Shown here: positions 10,133 to 19,455 of the stretch, one piece after another | Numbering within the stretch: the first letter of the stretch is position 1 | How the letters are laid out: every line of letters begins with the position of its first letter | DNA from: Escherichia phage SR04 | Length of the DNA stretch: 40,594 nucleotides | Direction: 5' to 3' (one strand) | Sequence record: OQ870567.1 | The notes under the pieces: generated by a model | Database searches by the model: none | The model's input: only the letters and a program-made list of their open reading frames with translations | What the model was told of the DNA's origin: nothing | Made by a program: the position numbers and the translations under genes

Positions 10133-12490
10133 TTAGACGGAACGAGCTTTCTTAGCGTATGACGCCTCCCAGCCACACCCAACGATGGACACTGGGGTAG
10201 GATAGTCGGACTCTAAGGTTAGACTCGTGGTTAATGCGTTACCATTCATAGCGAAGCGATACTGCCCGTCACCAATGTTAGTAGTCCCTATGGTTTGCTG
10301 ACCAAGGGTGTACCCATTAAAGGTGTTAACGAACTCTCGCTCACCGTTTCTGACAATGAGTCTCAGAGCGCCAGTGTCCTTGTAGTTGACCCAAGCCCGA
10401 CGAAGCTGTAGACGACCAGTGTCTTCAGACTGGGTGCCACTATCATCTTCAATCTTAATCAGGAACCGTGAGAACTTGTAGGACATCAGATAGGGCCGCC
10501 CGATGAAAACTGTACGTCCTGACCAATCGCCGTTGAGGGTAATCACAGTAGAGATACTGGTCAAGTCCCCAAGGTCCAAATAAGCACCCTGACTGTCAAT
10601 CAGATAGTACCGACCGGGAGACGGAGCATTACCACCATAAGCAGCACCAATGTCAACCGTAGTCTTATATGTGTCAGCATTAAACGAGCCAATTGGGATG
10701 ACCATAGACACCTTGGAGTCAACGTGGAGTCTATATGGCTCTGACGGAAAGTCAGTTGCCTCCTTGATGAACTTAAGGTGCTCAAGGTCCACGCCGCCTT
10801 GGTGCTGACGAACAATGAACATGGTAGAGCCAATCGACGCAGACGCCAGAATCTTATCAGCTTTAGGGAACTCCCAGTGAGACCAAGAGGCTTGAAGCTG
10901 TACGCCGTCTTTAAACAAGAACTTGTAGAGGTAGATTCGGTTGTATGCACCTGTAGAGTTGACGCAGATGTAGTTCTCAGTCCCTGTTCCCTGAATGTCA
11001 AACACCCCGTTAGGGATATAGGATAGTACGTGACCAGTGGTATCATCGGCATCCTTCACGTCAGACACATCTGCTACAGCGAAGTATCGCTTAATGCTGG
11101 TGAATGACCCACGAGGCGCTGAGAAGAAGACTGAGCGTCCTACAGCGAACGGTCTGGCATTATCTCCTAAGGCAAACTCTGAGCCTACATCAAGCTGGAT
11201 AGACTTCGAGGTAAGGACCCCTGAGCTTGTCATCACGAACTGAACCTCATCAGACCAAAGTAGTAGCTGCTCGCTAAACGGAACGGCATACTTAAGGATT
11301 GAGATTCGAGGGTGACTTACAGCTACATCAATAGGGTCATCATCACTCAGTGTCGCCACACTCTTAGGGAAGAACGCAAAGTAGCTGGCTGAACGGCTCA
11401 TGATTAGGTTCTCACCCGACAAGAACCCTAGCCTGTTCCTGTAGAAGAACACATCATTAATCGCAGCATCCACGAAGCTAGGCATAGGGTTTGTGTCATC
11501 GTTACCAGCACCACGCTTGGACCAATCCAGAGTCTTGAACTCAAAGGAGCCATCAGATTGTCGTACCAGAGCGTGTGGCATTGTGGTGTTATCGAACCCA
11601 GTGACAACTCCCGGCTCCACTGTCTCCTTCCACGTCTTAGTGTTGGAGTCATACATCACGTAGTATTCATCGGCGCTACTGTTTGTCTCACCTTGAATCT
11701 TAATGATATACCCATTAGGAGCGGCAAGAGGTAGTTTAGAGATTGTCTGCACAGTGTCTAGGACTGGGCTTATTAGCTGGTTAGCGTAGCCATCCTCCGT
11801 CTCCACTGAGTTAATGTCTGTCCCTGAAGGAGCTGTGATTAGCAGGAAGCCAGACCCAAGGTCAAACGTGAAGGTAGGATAGGAAGCAACAAGAAGGTCT
11901 CTCAGAGCTGCACCAATGGCTTGAGCGTCCACCTTAGGTGGGTCATTCTCGGCATCATTACCTGCTGGTAGCTTATGCGAGACCTTAACGCCACCGTTGA
12001 TTCCCACCTTAAGGGTTCGACCATACTGTCCACCACGTAGGTTAATTAAAGCTCGTGCTTTGCGGTTATAACCAGAGTGTGACTTCTCGCTTCCACCTTT
12101 GACGACAACCTTACGGTTAACGACGAACGTATAGTCTGCCACGGTAACGACACGGATGTCATCTCGTGGGTTGGAGGACTTAACGTAGTCTACCGAACCT
12201 GACACTGAGTATTGATTACCACTCAAGTCAACTACCTGAATGTTTGACCCATTGAACACGATGTAATACTGCTCCTGCTCATCACGGTTAATCAGGTGGA
12301 ACTTAGGGTTGCTTCCAACGTCGATGTTAAGACGTCGCTTGAAGACTGTAGGTGGGCGCTTCTGGAGGCCATCACTCTCTGATGACCAGCAGTTAACCTG
12401 TTCCTCGCCTTGGTCTGAGAACCTAAGTATATCAGGCTGTTGGCTAATGCCACCTTTAAGGTTCTTGATTGATTGAGTAATAAGCGGCAT
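10133..12490 (-). CDS. Tail tubular protein B (gp12-like, 785 aa)
   Basis: N-terminus M.LI.QSIKNLKGGISQQPDILR and RLQLRRAWVNY, IVGCGWE are near-identical to T7 gp12. Confidence 0.9.
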   Translation of the reverse strand: MPLITQSIKNLKGGISQQPDILRFSDQGEEQVNCWSSESDGLQKRPPTVFKRRLNIDVGSNPKFHLINRDEQEQYYIVFNGSNIQVVDLSGNQYSVSGSVDYVKSSNPRDDIRVVTVADYTFVVNRKVVVKGGSEKSHSGYNRKARALINLRGGQYGRTLKVGINGGVKVSHKLPAGNDAENDPPKVDAQAIGAALRDLLVASYPTFTFDLGSGFLLITAPSGTDINSVETEDGYANQLISPVLDTVQTISKLPLAAPNGYIIKIQGETNSSADEYYVMYDSNTKTWKETVEPGVVTGFDNTTMPHALVRQSDGSFEFKTLDWSKRGAGNDDTNPMPSFVDAAINDVFFYRNRLGFLSGENLIMSRSASYFAFFPKSVATLSDDDPIDVAVSHPRISILKYAVPFSEQLLLWSDEVQFVMTSSGVLTSKSIQLDVGSEFALGDNARPFAVGRSVFFSAPRGSFTSIKRYFAVADVSDVKDADDTTGHVLSYIPNGVFDIQGTGTENYICVNSTGAYNRIYLYKFLFKDGVQLQASWSHWEFPKADKILASASIGSTMFIVRQHQGGVDLEHLKFIKEATDFPSEPYRLHVDSKVSMVIPIGSFNADTYKTTVDIGAAYGGNAPSPGRYYLIDSQGAYLDLGDLTSISTVITLNGDWSGRTVFIGRPYLMSYKFSRFLIKIEDDSGTQSEDTGRLQLRRAWVNYKDTGALRLIVRNGEREFVNTFNGYTLGQQTIGTTNIGDGQYRFAMNGNALTTSLTLESDYPTPVSIVGCGWEASYAKKARSV

Positions 12491-13056
12491 TAGTCCCTCC
12501 CAATGTCGGACATCATGTTGTAGCGACCAGTATCCATCTCGTATTCCATGACCTGCTGATAGAGTTCTGCTTCCTGCTCACGAAGGTACAGTTCAGACTC
12601 TGGGCTACCGAAGAACTTAGCGTTGAACTCACGGCTAGCTTTAGTGACGATGTAGTCCCTGAAGACCACAGGCATCTCGGAGAATGGCTTCATCTCCACA
12701 AGCTCTACCGTGATAGGGTCGGTGAAAGTGGTGGACTGAGTGGATAAGTCGTACAGGTATCCACCCATGTTGCTGTAGTAGCTGGTGGCCCCGGCAGTCA
12801 TTACACGAAGGTATGACGGTAGGAATCGAATCCTGTTGTCTTGGACATCAGGTGTCAGGACGGCAGCTTCATTAATGTTAAAGTTCCATCCTTTAGCTTG
12901 TACCTGACGATTGACACGATGCAGGATACGTTGAGCGTTCGATACGTCAGCGTTCCCCTCGTCAAGCTGTAGGACTGCTGGTTCACCGATAGCTGCTAAC
13001 ATATCGTTGATGGCGTCTAAGTCATCGTTAGCATTCAGTGGAATGTACTGAGCCAT
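12490..13056 (-). CDS. Tail tubular protein A (gp11-like, 188 aa)
   Basis: IVTKASR.FN..FFG.PE and MEYEMD motifs as in T7 gp11; TAATG coupling with gene 12. Confidence 0.85.
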   Translation of the reverse strand: MAQYIPLNANDDLDAINDMLAAIGEPAVLQLDEGNADVSNAQRILHRVNRQVQAKGWNFNINEAAVLTPDVQDNRIRFLPSYLRVMTAGATSYYSNMGGYLYDLSTQSTTFTDPITVELVEMKPFSEMPVVFRDYIVTKASREFNAKFFGSPESELYLREQEAELYQQVMEYEMDTGRYNMMSDIGRD

Positions 13057-13067
13057 AGGTTTACTCC

Positions 13068-13157
13068 TTAATGGTCATAGGGGCTAGACGGCGAGCTGGA
13101 CAGCAGGTACGCCCAGAATAAGACGAATAGTGCTAACCCTGTGTAAATAAGGACCAT
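13068..13157 (-). CDS. Small hydrophobic ORF (29 aa, MVLIYTGLALFVLFWAYLLSSSPSSPYDH) between Tphi and gene 11
   Basis: Hand translation; AAGGAGG four nt upstream of the ATG; single predicted transmembrane segment. Not in the ORF track because it is under 60 aa. Confidence 0.3.
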   Translation of the reverse strand: MVLIYTGLALFVLFWAYLLSSSPSSPYDH

Positions 13158-13171
13158 AGTCCCTCCTTAAG

Positions 13172-13212
13172 CAAAAACCCCTCAAGCACCCGAAGGCACC
13201 CAAGGGGTTTCA
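13172..13212 (-). terminator. Tphi-like late terminator for phage RNAP
   Basis: Minus strand AAACCCCTTGGGTGCCTTCGGGTGCTTGAGGGGTTTTTGC forms a G-U-rich hairpin followed by a U-run, closely resembling T7 Tphi; it sits right after the 10B stop. Confidence 0.75.
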
Positions 13213-13213
13213 A

Positions 13214-14526
13214 TTAGTTTGTGAAAGATACGTTGAAGGAACGCACAGGCGAACCGTCATACCCAACAATCACCAGACCTTCCACGCCAGAGGTGGCCTT
13301 GAAGTAGAGACTGTTGGTTCTACGGGAGTAGCTAACACCATCAGGCGTAGTCACCTCAAGCAGCGACCAATCGGTCACGTCTGAAAGCTCAGGGAAGTCA
13401 ACCTTCAAGCTGGTTCCCACCGTAGAACTGTATGTCTCTAAGGTAGGACCCTCTGTAGAGAGGGCCTTAAAGGTCGTTAACCCGCTGACGCCGCTGTGAA
13501 AACCAGTGCGCCTGCCGCTTCTGGACGCAGACCGCCGTGACCCATAGCGTATTTACCAACAATCAGGTCGCCCTGAGCATCGACGTCACGGTCACGTTCC
13601 AGCGCCAAGTCACGCAGCTTCACAGTACCCACAGCAGAACGGTGAGAGAACAGACCCACAACGTTGTCCATAGCAACTTTAACGTCGCCAGTAGCAGTTG
13701 CCGGGAATGCGTGTTTCTGGCCGGAAGCGATAGTGACACCATCAGCACCACGGGTCTCACCAGCACCACCCTGTACCAGATGCGGAACTTCAACAACAAC
13801 GAAGCCCATCACGTTACGGATGTTACCAGTCTCTGGGTCAATCAGCGCAGCATAGTTAGCAGCGTTAGGCATCAGAGCCGCAAGGATTGCAGAGTAGTTG
13901 TCCGGCGTGGTGTAGAAGTAACGGTCGCCAGCAGGAACGTAGTTGGAGGTCAGCTTCGCACGAGCAATGGTCAGTTGACCGATGATTGCTTCGCCCAGTT
14001 TAGCCGGGGTGTCGAGGTCAGCTTTCTTACCAACTTGTAGGACGGACGCAGTACCCAGACCAGCGATGTTCTCGTTGGATGCAGCCGGGAGGTTACACAG
14101 GATCGCCATTTCAGCCAGCACCGCACCATCAGCAGCGATAGCCAGAGCTTCGCCCAACTGGTTGGAATACTCGCCAGCCACGTCGTAGTGGTTCATCGCG
14201 TCTTCAATGTCGAAAATCATCACATCGGCAGTCAGCAGACCATCAATGGTAATCACTTTCTCGGTATGTTTGATACCTTTACGCTTATCGGACAGTCGCT
14301 CACCAGGAGCCAGATACACACCAGATGTGCGACCCATGACCGGGAACTGAGCAGACTTACCGTTCTGAATGGTACGTACAATATGCTTGTCAGCAGTTAC
14401 AGAGCGGCGAGTGAATGCGGTCAGGACTTCACCAGCAAATACCTTCAGGAACAACGCCAGAGCGTCGGAACTGGATTTACCTTTACCTTGGTCTGTACCA
14501 ATTTTCTGACCCGGAACGTTTGCCAT
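13214..14526 (-). CDS. Minor capsid protein 10B, made by -1 ribosomal frameshift at G_GTT_TTC (about 13498-13504); roughly 437 aa
   Basis: The -1 frame is open from the slippery site to the stop at 13214 (track ORF 13214-13420 is in that frame); the heptamer lies 7 codons before the 10A stop, paralleling T7 10A/10B. Confidence 0.55.
13477..14526 (-). CDS. Major capsid protein 10A (349 aa)
   Basis: Sits immediately downstream of the phi10 promoter with a strong RBS; size and position as T7 gp10A. Confidence 0.9.
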   Translation of the reverse strand: MANVPGQKIGTDQGKGKSSSDALALFLKVFAGEVLTAFTRRSVTADKHIVRTIQNGKSAQFPVMGRTSGVYLAPGERLSDKRKGIKHTEKVITIDGLLTADVMIFDIEDAMNHYDVAGEYSNQLGEALAIAADGAVLAEMAILCNLPAASNENIAGLGTASVLQVGKKADLDTPAKLGEAIIGQLTIARAKLTSNYVPAGDRYFYTTPDNYSAILAALMPNAANYAALIDPETGNIRNVMGFVVVEVPHLVQGGAGETRGADGVTIASGQKHAFPATATGDVKVAMDNVVGLFSHRSAVGTVKLRDLALERDRDVDAQGDLIVGKYAMGHGGLRPEAAGALVFTAASAG

Positions 14527-14628
14527 ATGATAATTCTCCTATTCAATTGAAAGATAAAGTTTATTACTTACTGTATGCCCAATCCGTATGGACTGAAGTA
14601 ATAGGGAAACCTTTAGTCTATCTCTTGG

Positions 14629-14651
14629 TCTCCCTATAGTGATAGTTTAGT
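14629..14651 (-). promoter_or_regulatory. Phage RNAP promoter phi10-like (strong late promoter)
   Basis: Minus strand CTAAACTATCACTATAGGGAGACC; the TATAGGGAGACC start region is as at T7 phi10. Confidence 0.8.
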
Positions 14652-14652
14652 C

Positions 14653-15537
14653 CTACAGGCTTGAGGCAGCTACCTTAGCGCGAACTTCCATCGTGTACTT
14701 AGCGTCACGCAGGTATCGCGGGTCACTCATAGCCTTAATCATGTCAGCCTTGGAGCTGAATGCTTCGGTCTGAGGAGCCTTAGGTGCGACCACAGGTTTA
14801 GCCTGAGTGGTGATGGTACGCTGAGGTTTAACACCAACAGCTTTACCCAGAGTCTTGCCAGCCAGATTCAGCAGAGCTTTGGTAGTCGCAATGTCCTTAC
14901 GAACGATGGCAGCTTCCAGTGCTTCACGAGTTGACGGGTCGTTGGACTCAAGGTGAGACAGGATGCGATTAAACTGTTCAGCACCACCAGCGTAGCGAAC
15001 CACACCAGCAGCATACTGTTCAGCCAGAGCTTCCTGACCACGTACAAACGAATCTACGAAACGCTTGGTGTAACCTGCTTCCTGCAGCTTAGCGTAGGAT
15101 GCGTCAGACAGCTTACCGTCCTTGGCGTATTCAGCCTTGATAGCGATAATTTCATCAGCAGTGACCTTTCCAGCTTCCACAGCAGAAGACACCATGTCGT
15201 CAAATGCAGCTTCGTTTTCATCCAGAGCGGTGACACTTTCAGTCAGCTCTTTCGGTGCATCACCTAGTTCGATGAACTCAGGCTGCTCACCATCGGTCTC
15301 AGACTCTTCGTCATCGGACTCGTGGTCTTCTTCACCTTCAGTCTCTTCGACGTTCTCGTCTTCTTCGGTCGCCTCTTCATTTTCAGCTTCCAGTTGCTTG
15401 AAGGTAATAGCGTCATCGCCATCACGAACAGCTACGTCCTGTTCAAGCATAGACTTCTGGTGTTCGTTCAGGTCCTCAACGGAACCAGTGATTGCATTAG
15501 AGCTAACGCCGAACTCGGCATAAACTGATTGAGACAT
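14653..15537 (-). CDS. Scaffolding protein (gp9-like, 294 aa)
   Basis: Highly acidic, between portal and capsid; C-terminus resembles T7 gp9. Confidence 0.8.
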   Translation of the reverse strand: MSQSVYAEFGVSSNAITGSVEDLNEHQKSMLEQDVAVRDGDDAITFKQLEAENEEATEEDENVEETEGEEDHESDDEESETDGEQPEFIELGDAPKELTESVTALDENEAAFDDMVSSAVEAGKVTADEIIAIKAEYAKDGKLSDASYAKLQEAGYTKRFVDSFVRGQEALAEQYAAGVVRYAGGAEQFNRILSHLESNDPSTREALEAAIVRKDIATTKALLNLAGKTLGKAVGVKPQRTITTQAKPVVAPKAPQTEAFSSKADMIKAMSDPRYLRDAKYTMEVRAKVAASSL

Positions 15538-15615
15538 TGAGTCATTCTCCTTTAAGTTGATGATAGGAACCGACCGGGAGTCTCACCCGGCCTAATGCTT
15601 TGTGAATCTTGTCTA

Positions 15616-15638
15616 AGTTCCTATAGTGATAGTTTAGG
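15616..15638 (-). promoter_or_regulatory. Phage RNAP promoter (phi9-like), overlaps the portal stop codon
   Basis: Minus strand CCTAAACTATCACTATAGGAAC. Confidence 0.7.
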
Positions 15639-17202
15639 CTTGAGCCATGTCCTCACCAGCTCCCTGACCTACAGCAGCGCCCATATTAGCACCAGCAGCA
15701 GACGCACCGTTGACCACAGCTCCTTGAGCGGATTGTTCAGCAATACGTTGCATCTTCTCGTCCTGAGTCAGCAGAAGACCAGCAGTATCAATGCCTAAGG
15801 CATTCAGCAGTCGCAGCTTAAGGGTGGGCAAGTTAATGTCTGGGTCCTGTTGCAGAGGCTGTAGCCCGGTCATCATGTTGACTGCCTGAGTTAGCTTCTC
15901 CAAGTCCTGACCACGACCTAACGCTTCCAGACCAGTGGATACCGTAGGCTCAACCGCTTCTTTCGGAAGGTCAGGAATCATGCCAGCAGACTGAAGTTGG
16001 TTCATCAGCACACGGACGATAGGTAACTGAAGCTCTTGTGACTGTACAGAGTACACGCCACCTAAGGTCGCCTCCAGTTCACCAGCAACGTAACGAATCT
16101 CTTCAGCAGTGACTCGCTCGGCATTACGCTGAACAGCACTATTAAGAAGGAAGGCCCAGCCTAAACGTTGCTCGATAGCATCAGCCACCGACTTGGCAAT
16201 CGTAAAGTCCTGACCTTTCGTCAGTTGCAGGAAGTTGATGTCCTCAACGCGACCAGCCACGAACTCACCTGTAGCCGCCTTGTTCAGACGACGAGGTTGC
16301 GTGATACCGTTCGGGTTAACGAGGCCCACCACCTTGGAGGCTACCTTAGCCATTTTGGTGATAGCTTCTGTAATCGTCTCCAGCGAGTTCAGGTCTCCCA
16401 GATACTCCTCGCAATAAGAGCGACCATAGTCTTCACCGTCCAGTCGAACCATTCGTACCGGGATGTATGGACAGGCAGTCAGTGGGTAAGAACCATCGGT
16501 CCCTGCTACCTCAATGCCTTCCACTTCCTCGTAGCGTAGATATTCGTCGTCCTGACGGTAAATGTGCGTATACACTTCCAGCTCGGTGTCAGGCTCATAG
16601 TCGTCTGCGTTGAGTTGAGACTTCACGTCTTCCGGTAGAGCACTAAACGCTACCTTGTCGAGAGTCACAATCTGCAAGATGTTACCGAACGCATCACGTT
16701 GAACAACGTAAGACACTAAGCGGTACATTCGCATGGGACTGTAGGTTCCCTGTTCAGGCTCTGGAATGTAGAGCAGACAGTTACCGGAGACTATAAGCTG
16801 CTTCAGAGCTTCGAACAATGGCACACGGAAACTGTTTGTCTCCATGTAGGCCATCAACACACGCTCGACCATAGCAAGCCCCTCGTCAACACGAGCAGCA
16901 GCCTCTGAGTCCTGACTCAAGGTCTTAGCCTCATATTCGGAGACTGTAAGTCGCATCCACGGTGACTGGGGGAATAATGCCAACATCAGCTTTGCAGCCA
17001 AGTTGTTCAAACATCGAGCACCTACAGCTTGCCACGGAGTGGTGTACTCAGTAGACGAGTTGTCGGACTCCTTAGGAAACAGTGACGGGATAGTGACAGC
17101 AGCACAATTCTGAGCGCGTGTCTCATATGGCTGTCTACCGTTCTTCAGGCGGTCATAGACCGCTTTGGCTCCTTCAGCAGCGAACCCTTCACGTTCAGCC
17201 AT
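15634..17202 (-). CDS. Portal (head-tail connector) protein (gp8-like, 522 aa)
   Basis: LKN.R.PYETRAQNCA...IPSLFPK, PWQAVGAR, VTAEEIRYVA.ELE.TLGGVYS are near-identical to T7 gp8. Confidence 0.9.
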   Translation of the reverse strand: MAEREGFAAEGAKAVYDRLKNGRQPYETRAQNCAAVTIPSLFPKESDNSSTEYTTPWQAVGARCLNNLAAKLMLALFPQSPWMRLTVSEYEAKTLSQDSEAAARVDEGLAMVERVLMAYMETNSFRVPLFEALKQLIVSGNCLLYIPEPEQGTYSPMRMYRLVSYVVQRDAFGNILQIVTLDKVAFSALPEDVKSQLNADDYEPDTELEVYTHIYRQDDEYLRYEEVEGIEVAGTDGSYPLTACPYIPVRMVRLDGEDYGRSYCEEYLGDLNSLETITEAITKMAKVASKVVGLVNPNGITQPRRLNKAATGEFVAGRVEDINFLQLTKGQDFTIAKSVADAIEQRLGWAFLLNSAVQRNAERVTAEEIRYVAGELEATLGGVYSVQSQELQLPIVRVLMNQLQSAGMIPDLPKEAVEPTVSTGLEALGRGQDLEKLTQAVNMMTGLQPLQQDPDINLPTLKLRLLNALGIDTAGLLLTQDEKMQRIAEQSAQGAVVNGASAAGANMGAAVGQGAGEDMAQA

Positions 17203-17213
17203 TAGTCACCTCC

Positions 17214-17462
17214 TTAAATAGAAATACCGCCACCAGAGGTGCGAGAGACCTGAAGGCTACGCTTACCTGAACGCTTCACTTTCTTCTCGTCAGATGCGGT
17301 TGCTTCGGTATCCACATCTTCCACTTTATCGTTCGGTACTTCCACTGGTGCTGCTGGGGTCTGGGCCTCAACAACCTTAGGTGCATCGTCAGAGCCAAGA
17401 CCTACTGTCCCTAACGTACTTTTCACCACTTTCTTGAAAGCCTTACTGATTGATTTACCCAC
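17214..17462 (-). CDS. Tail assembly / virion protein gp7.3-like (82 aa); GTG start
   Basis: Begins (M)GKS...KKV and ends SGGGISI, as T7 gp7.3; AAGGAG seven nt upstream of the GTG. Confidence 0.7.
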   Translation of the reverse strand: MGKSISKAFKKVVKSTLGTVGLGSDDAPKVVEAQTPAAPVEVPNDKVEDVDTEATASDEKKVKRSGKRSLQVSRTSGGGISI

Positions 17463-17859
17463 GGTTAATCTCCTTAGTTGTTACGATGTCTACCGACCCA
17501 GAAACATGCTTGACACGAGAATACCAGCCAAGACACCAACGCTTGCACTCTTCGTCTATGATGTGTCTGACAGTCTCAAGAACCTTGCGGGAGGACTGCG
17601 AGTCACGACGAATAGCGACGATTGAAAGGTCAAGACCGGGAGTCGGTCTGTGCCAAGATGCGGTAGCCAGCATGTAGAGATACGCTACTGGTTGACCTGA
17701 TACATCGTAGATTGTGTATTCTTCACCGTCGAACTCGTCAGCCATACGGTAAGTATGAGCCTTGAAGTCCTCGAATGACTTGAAGTTAGACTGCCCGTCT
17801 TCCCAGAGGCGACAAGCGCACATGTGGCGACCTTCGCGTGAGTTGAGATATGGTAGCAT
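17455..17859 (-). CDS. gp7-like protein (134 aa), positional homologue
   Basis: Synteny between gp6.7 and gp7.3. Confidence 0.5.
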   Translation of the reverse strand: MLPYLNSREGRHMCACRLWEDGQSNFKSFEDFKAHTYRMADEFDGEEYTIYDVSGQPVAYLYMLATASWHRPTPGLDLSIVAIRRDSQSSRKVLETVRHIIDEECKRWCLGWYSRVKHVSGSVDIVTTKEINRG

Positions 17860-17863
17860 TGTC

Positions 17864-18088
17864 TTACCCCATGTTGACGCCAGAGGCTCGCATAGCGCGG
17901 CTAACTGACGATTTATCTTTATGTGCAGACTCCTTCTTGACCTTCAGGTCTTTGATACCTTTGGTCTCGTTGGTGTCAACATCCGATTCAGCCCCGATGT
18001 CAACTGACGCAACTTCCTCACTCAGAGGTGCTGGTTCAGGTGCTTGGACCGAAGGCTTCGGAGTGCTAATCTTTGGACTGAAACACAT
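17864..18088 (-). CDS. gp6.7-like virion protein (74 aa)
   Basis: Starts MCFSPKI and contains EPAPL, as T7 gp6.7. Confidence 0.75.
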   Translation of the reverse strand: MCFSPKISTPKPSVQAPEPAPLSEEVASVDIGAESDVDTNETKGIKDLKVKKESAHKDKSSVSRAMRASGVNMG

Positions 18089-18102
18089 AGTCCCTCCTAC
18101 AG

Positions 18103-18375
18103 TTAATCGAACTGAACGGTATCTTTCAGCTCACGACGCATAGCAATCGCAGAGTCGAGAGTGTCAGAACAATACTGGAGACCCTTGATGAACCCGGCAA
18201 TGAACGCATCGCTGTAGCCCTGCTGCTTGAGGAGACTGATAACTCCCATCTTCTCAGCGTAGCTTGCGTTGAACAATACGTGCAGGAACTGGATAGCAGA
18301 CTGGGAGATGTTAGGGACATCAAGTCTTTCTTCCTGTAACTGCTTAACAACGTTTTCAATAGCATTAATAGCCAT
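18103..18375 (-). CDS. gp6.5-like protein (90 aa)
   Basis: First gene after the phi6.5-like promoter; synteny. Confidence 0.5.
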   Translation of the reverse strand: MAINAIENVVKQLQEERLDVPNISQSAIQFLHVLFNASYAEKMGVISLLKQQGYSDAFIAGFIKGLQYCSDTLDSAIAMRRELKDTVQFD

Positions 18376-18436
18376 CTTGAATCTCCTCTTTAAGTTAAGA
18401 CTAAAGTCTATCTTATAGTCATATCTTAGGTCCTAA

Positions 18437-18459
18437 AGTCCCTATAGTGATAGTTTAGT
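18437..18459 (-). promoter_or_regulatory. Phage RNAP promoter (phi6.5-like)
   Basis: Minus strand CTAAACTATCACTATAGGGACT. Confidence 0.7.
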
Positions 18460-18511
18460 GTTTCACCTATGGATGACTGTTGGATTGATAGGATATGACT
18501 ATCGGCTAGAC

Positions 18512-18604
18512 TCAGTGTTTAGGGCGGTTGTTCGACCCGAACCACTTGTACATGCAGTAAAGGGCCAGAAGTCCGACCCAGTAAATTACATGGATGGTGT
18601 CCAT
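18512..18604 (-). CDS. Small membrane ORF (30 aa, MDTIHVIYWVGLLALYCMYKWFGSNNRPKH), gp6.3 position
   Basis: Hand translation; AAGGAGG seven nt upstream; overlaps the exonuclease 3' end by 19 nt. Confidence 0.45.
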   Translation of the reverse strand: MDTIHVIYWVGLLALYCMYKWFGSNNRPKH

Positions 18605-19455
18605 AGGATGACCTCCTTGGACTTAGGGTCATAGTCAGAGGCTCGACAAATACGAGCGACCTGAGCTTGTACCAGAAGTTCCTCCTCGGTCATGCCAGCC
18701 TTAGCAGCCAGTGTAACCATGCAGTCCCACAGCGTCATGTCTTCACGCTTCGGATACTTCTTCCACTCAGTCTTAATCTGGCCTTTGTTCTTGCCAGTCT
18801 TAAGCTCGCGGCTCTCCTGCACGAAGTAATACGGTTCGTCAAGGAATGCACGAGTGGTGTCCTCACCCATCCCAGGAATACCGCCGTAGCCATCTGTAGT
18901 GTCACCCTTGATGGTCTGCTCCATGTGCCAGTAGTCTGCCTCGGAAGTCGTATGACTCAGGATTTCACCAGTGGTTAACCAGAAGAACTCACAGTTCGGG
19001 ATGGTCTTGAAGTCCTTATCGCAGGACACCAGCACCGCATGGTCGCATCCGACAATCTGAGGTCTGGTCCCGATGATACCCATACAATCGTCACCCTCAA
19101 GCGTTGGACGCAGGAAGCTGTTGAACCGTGGGTCAGCCATCACTTCGGCTACGAACTTCTTGTAACCTACAGGCTTGCGAGAACCCTTACGGTTAGCCTT
19201 ATAGGTAGGCAAAACGTCCTTACGCCAGTTGTTATCATCAGTAAAGCACATCACAATCTTAGCGTCTTTCCACGCCTTGCGCTTCTTAACGATTTCAGCG
19301 ATGGTGTTCTCAAGGATACGGCGAGCCTTCTCGTGGTCGCAGATAAGGGTCCAGATGTCATCACCCCAGTCTGTCTCTTCCTCGGCAGCAGCCATAGAAG
19401 AGAATACTAGGTAATCGCCATCAAGAACAAGAGCTATCTTCTTCTCAGCACCCAT
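18586..19455 (-). CDS. 5'-3' exonuclease (gp6-like); probable start at internal Met (MGAEKK, 289 aa)
   Basis: PVGY, EGDD.MG, CDKDFKTIPNC, TIKGD.TDGY and LWDC are shared with T7 gp6. AGGAGG lies 8 nt before the 19455 ATG; the track start at 19488 has no RBS. Confidence 0.85.
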   Translation of the reverse strand: MGAEKKIALVLDGDYLVFSSMAAAEEETDWGDDIWTLICDHEKARRILENTIAEIVKKRKAWKDAKIVMCFTDDNNWRKDVLPTYKANRKGSRKPVGYKKFVAEVMADPRFNSFLRPTLEGDDCMGIIGTRPQIVGCDHAVLVSCDKDFKTIPNCEFFWLTTGEILSHTTSEADYWHMEQTIKGDTTDGYGGIPGMGEDTTRAFLDEPYYFVQESRELKTGKNKGQIKTEWKKYPKREDMTLWDCMVTLAAKAGMTEEELLVQAQVARICRASDYDPKSKEVILWTPSM

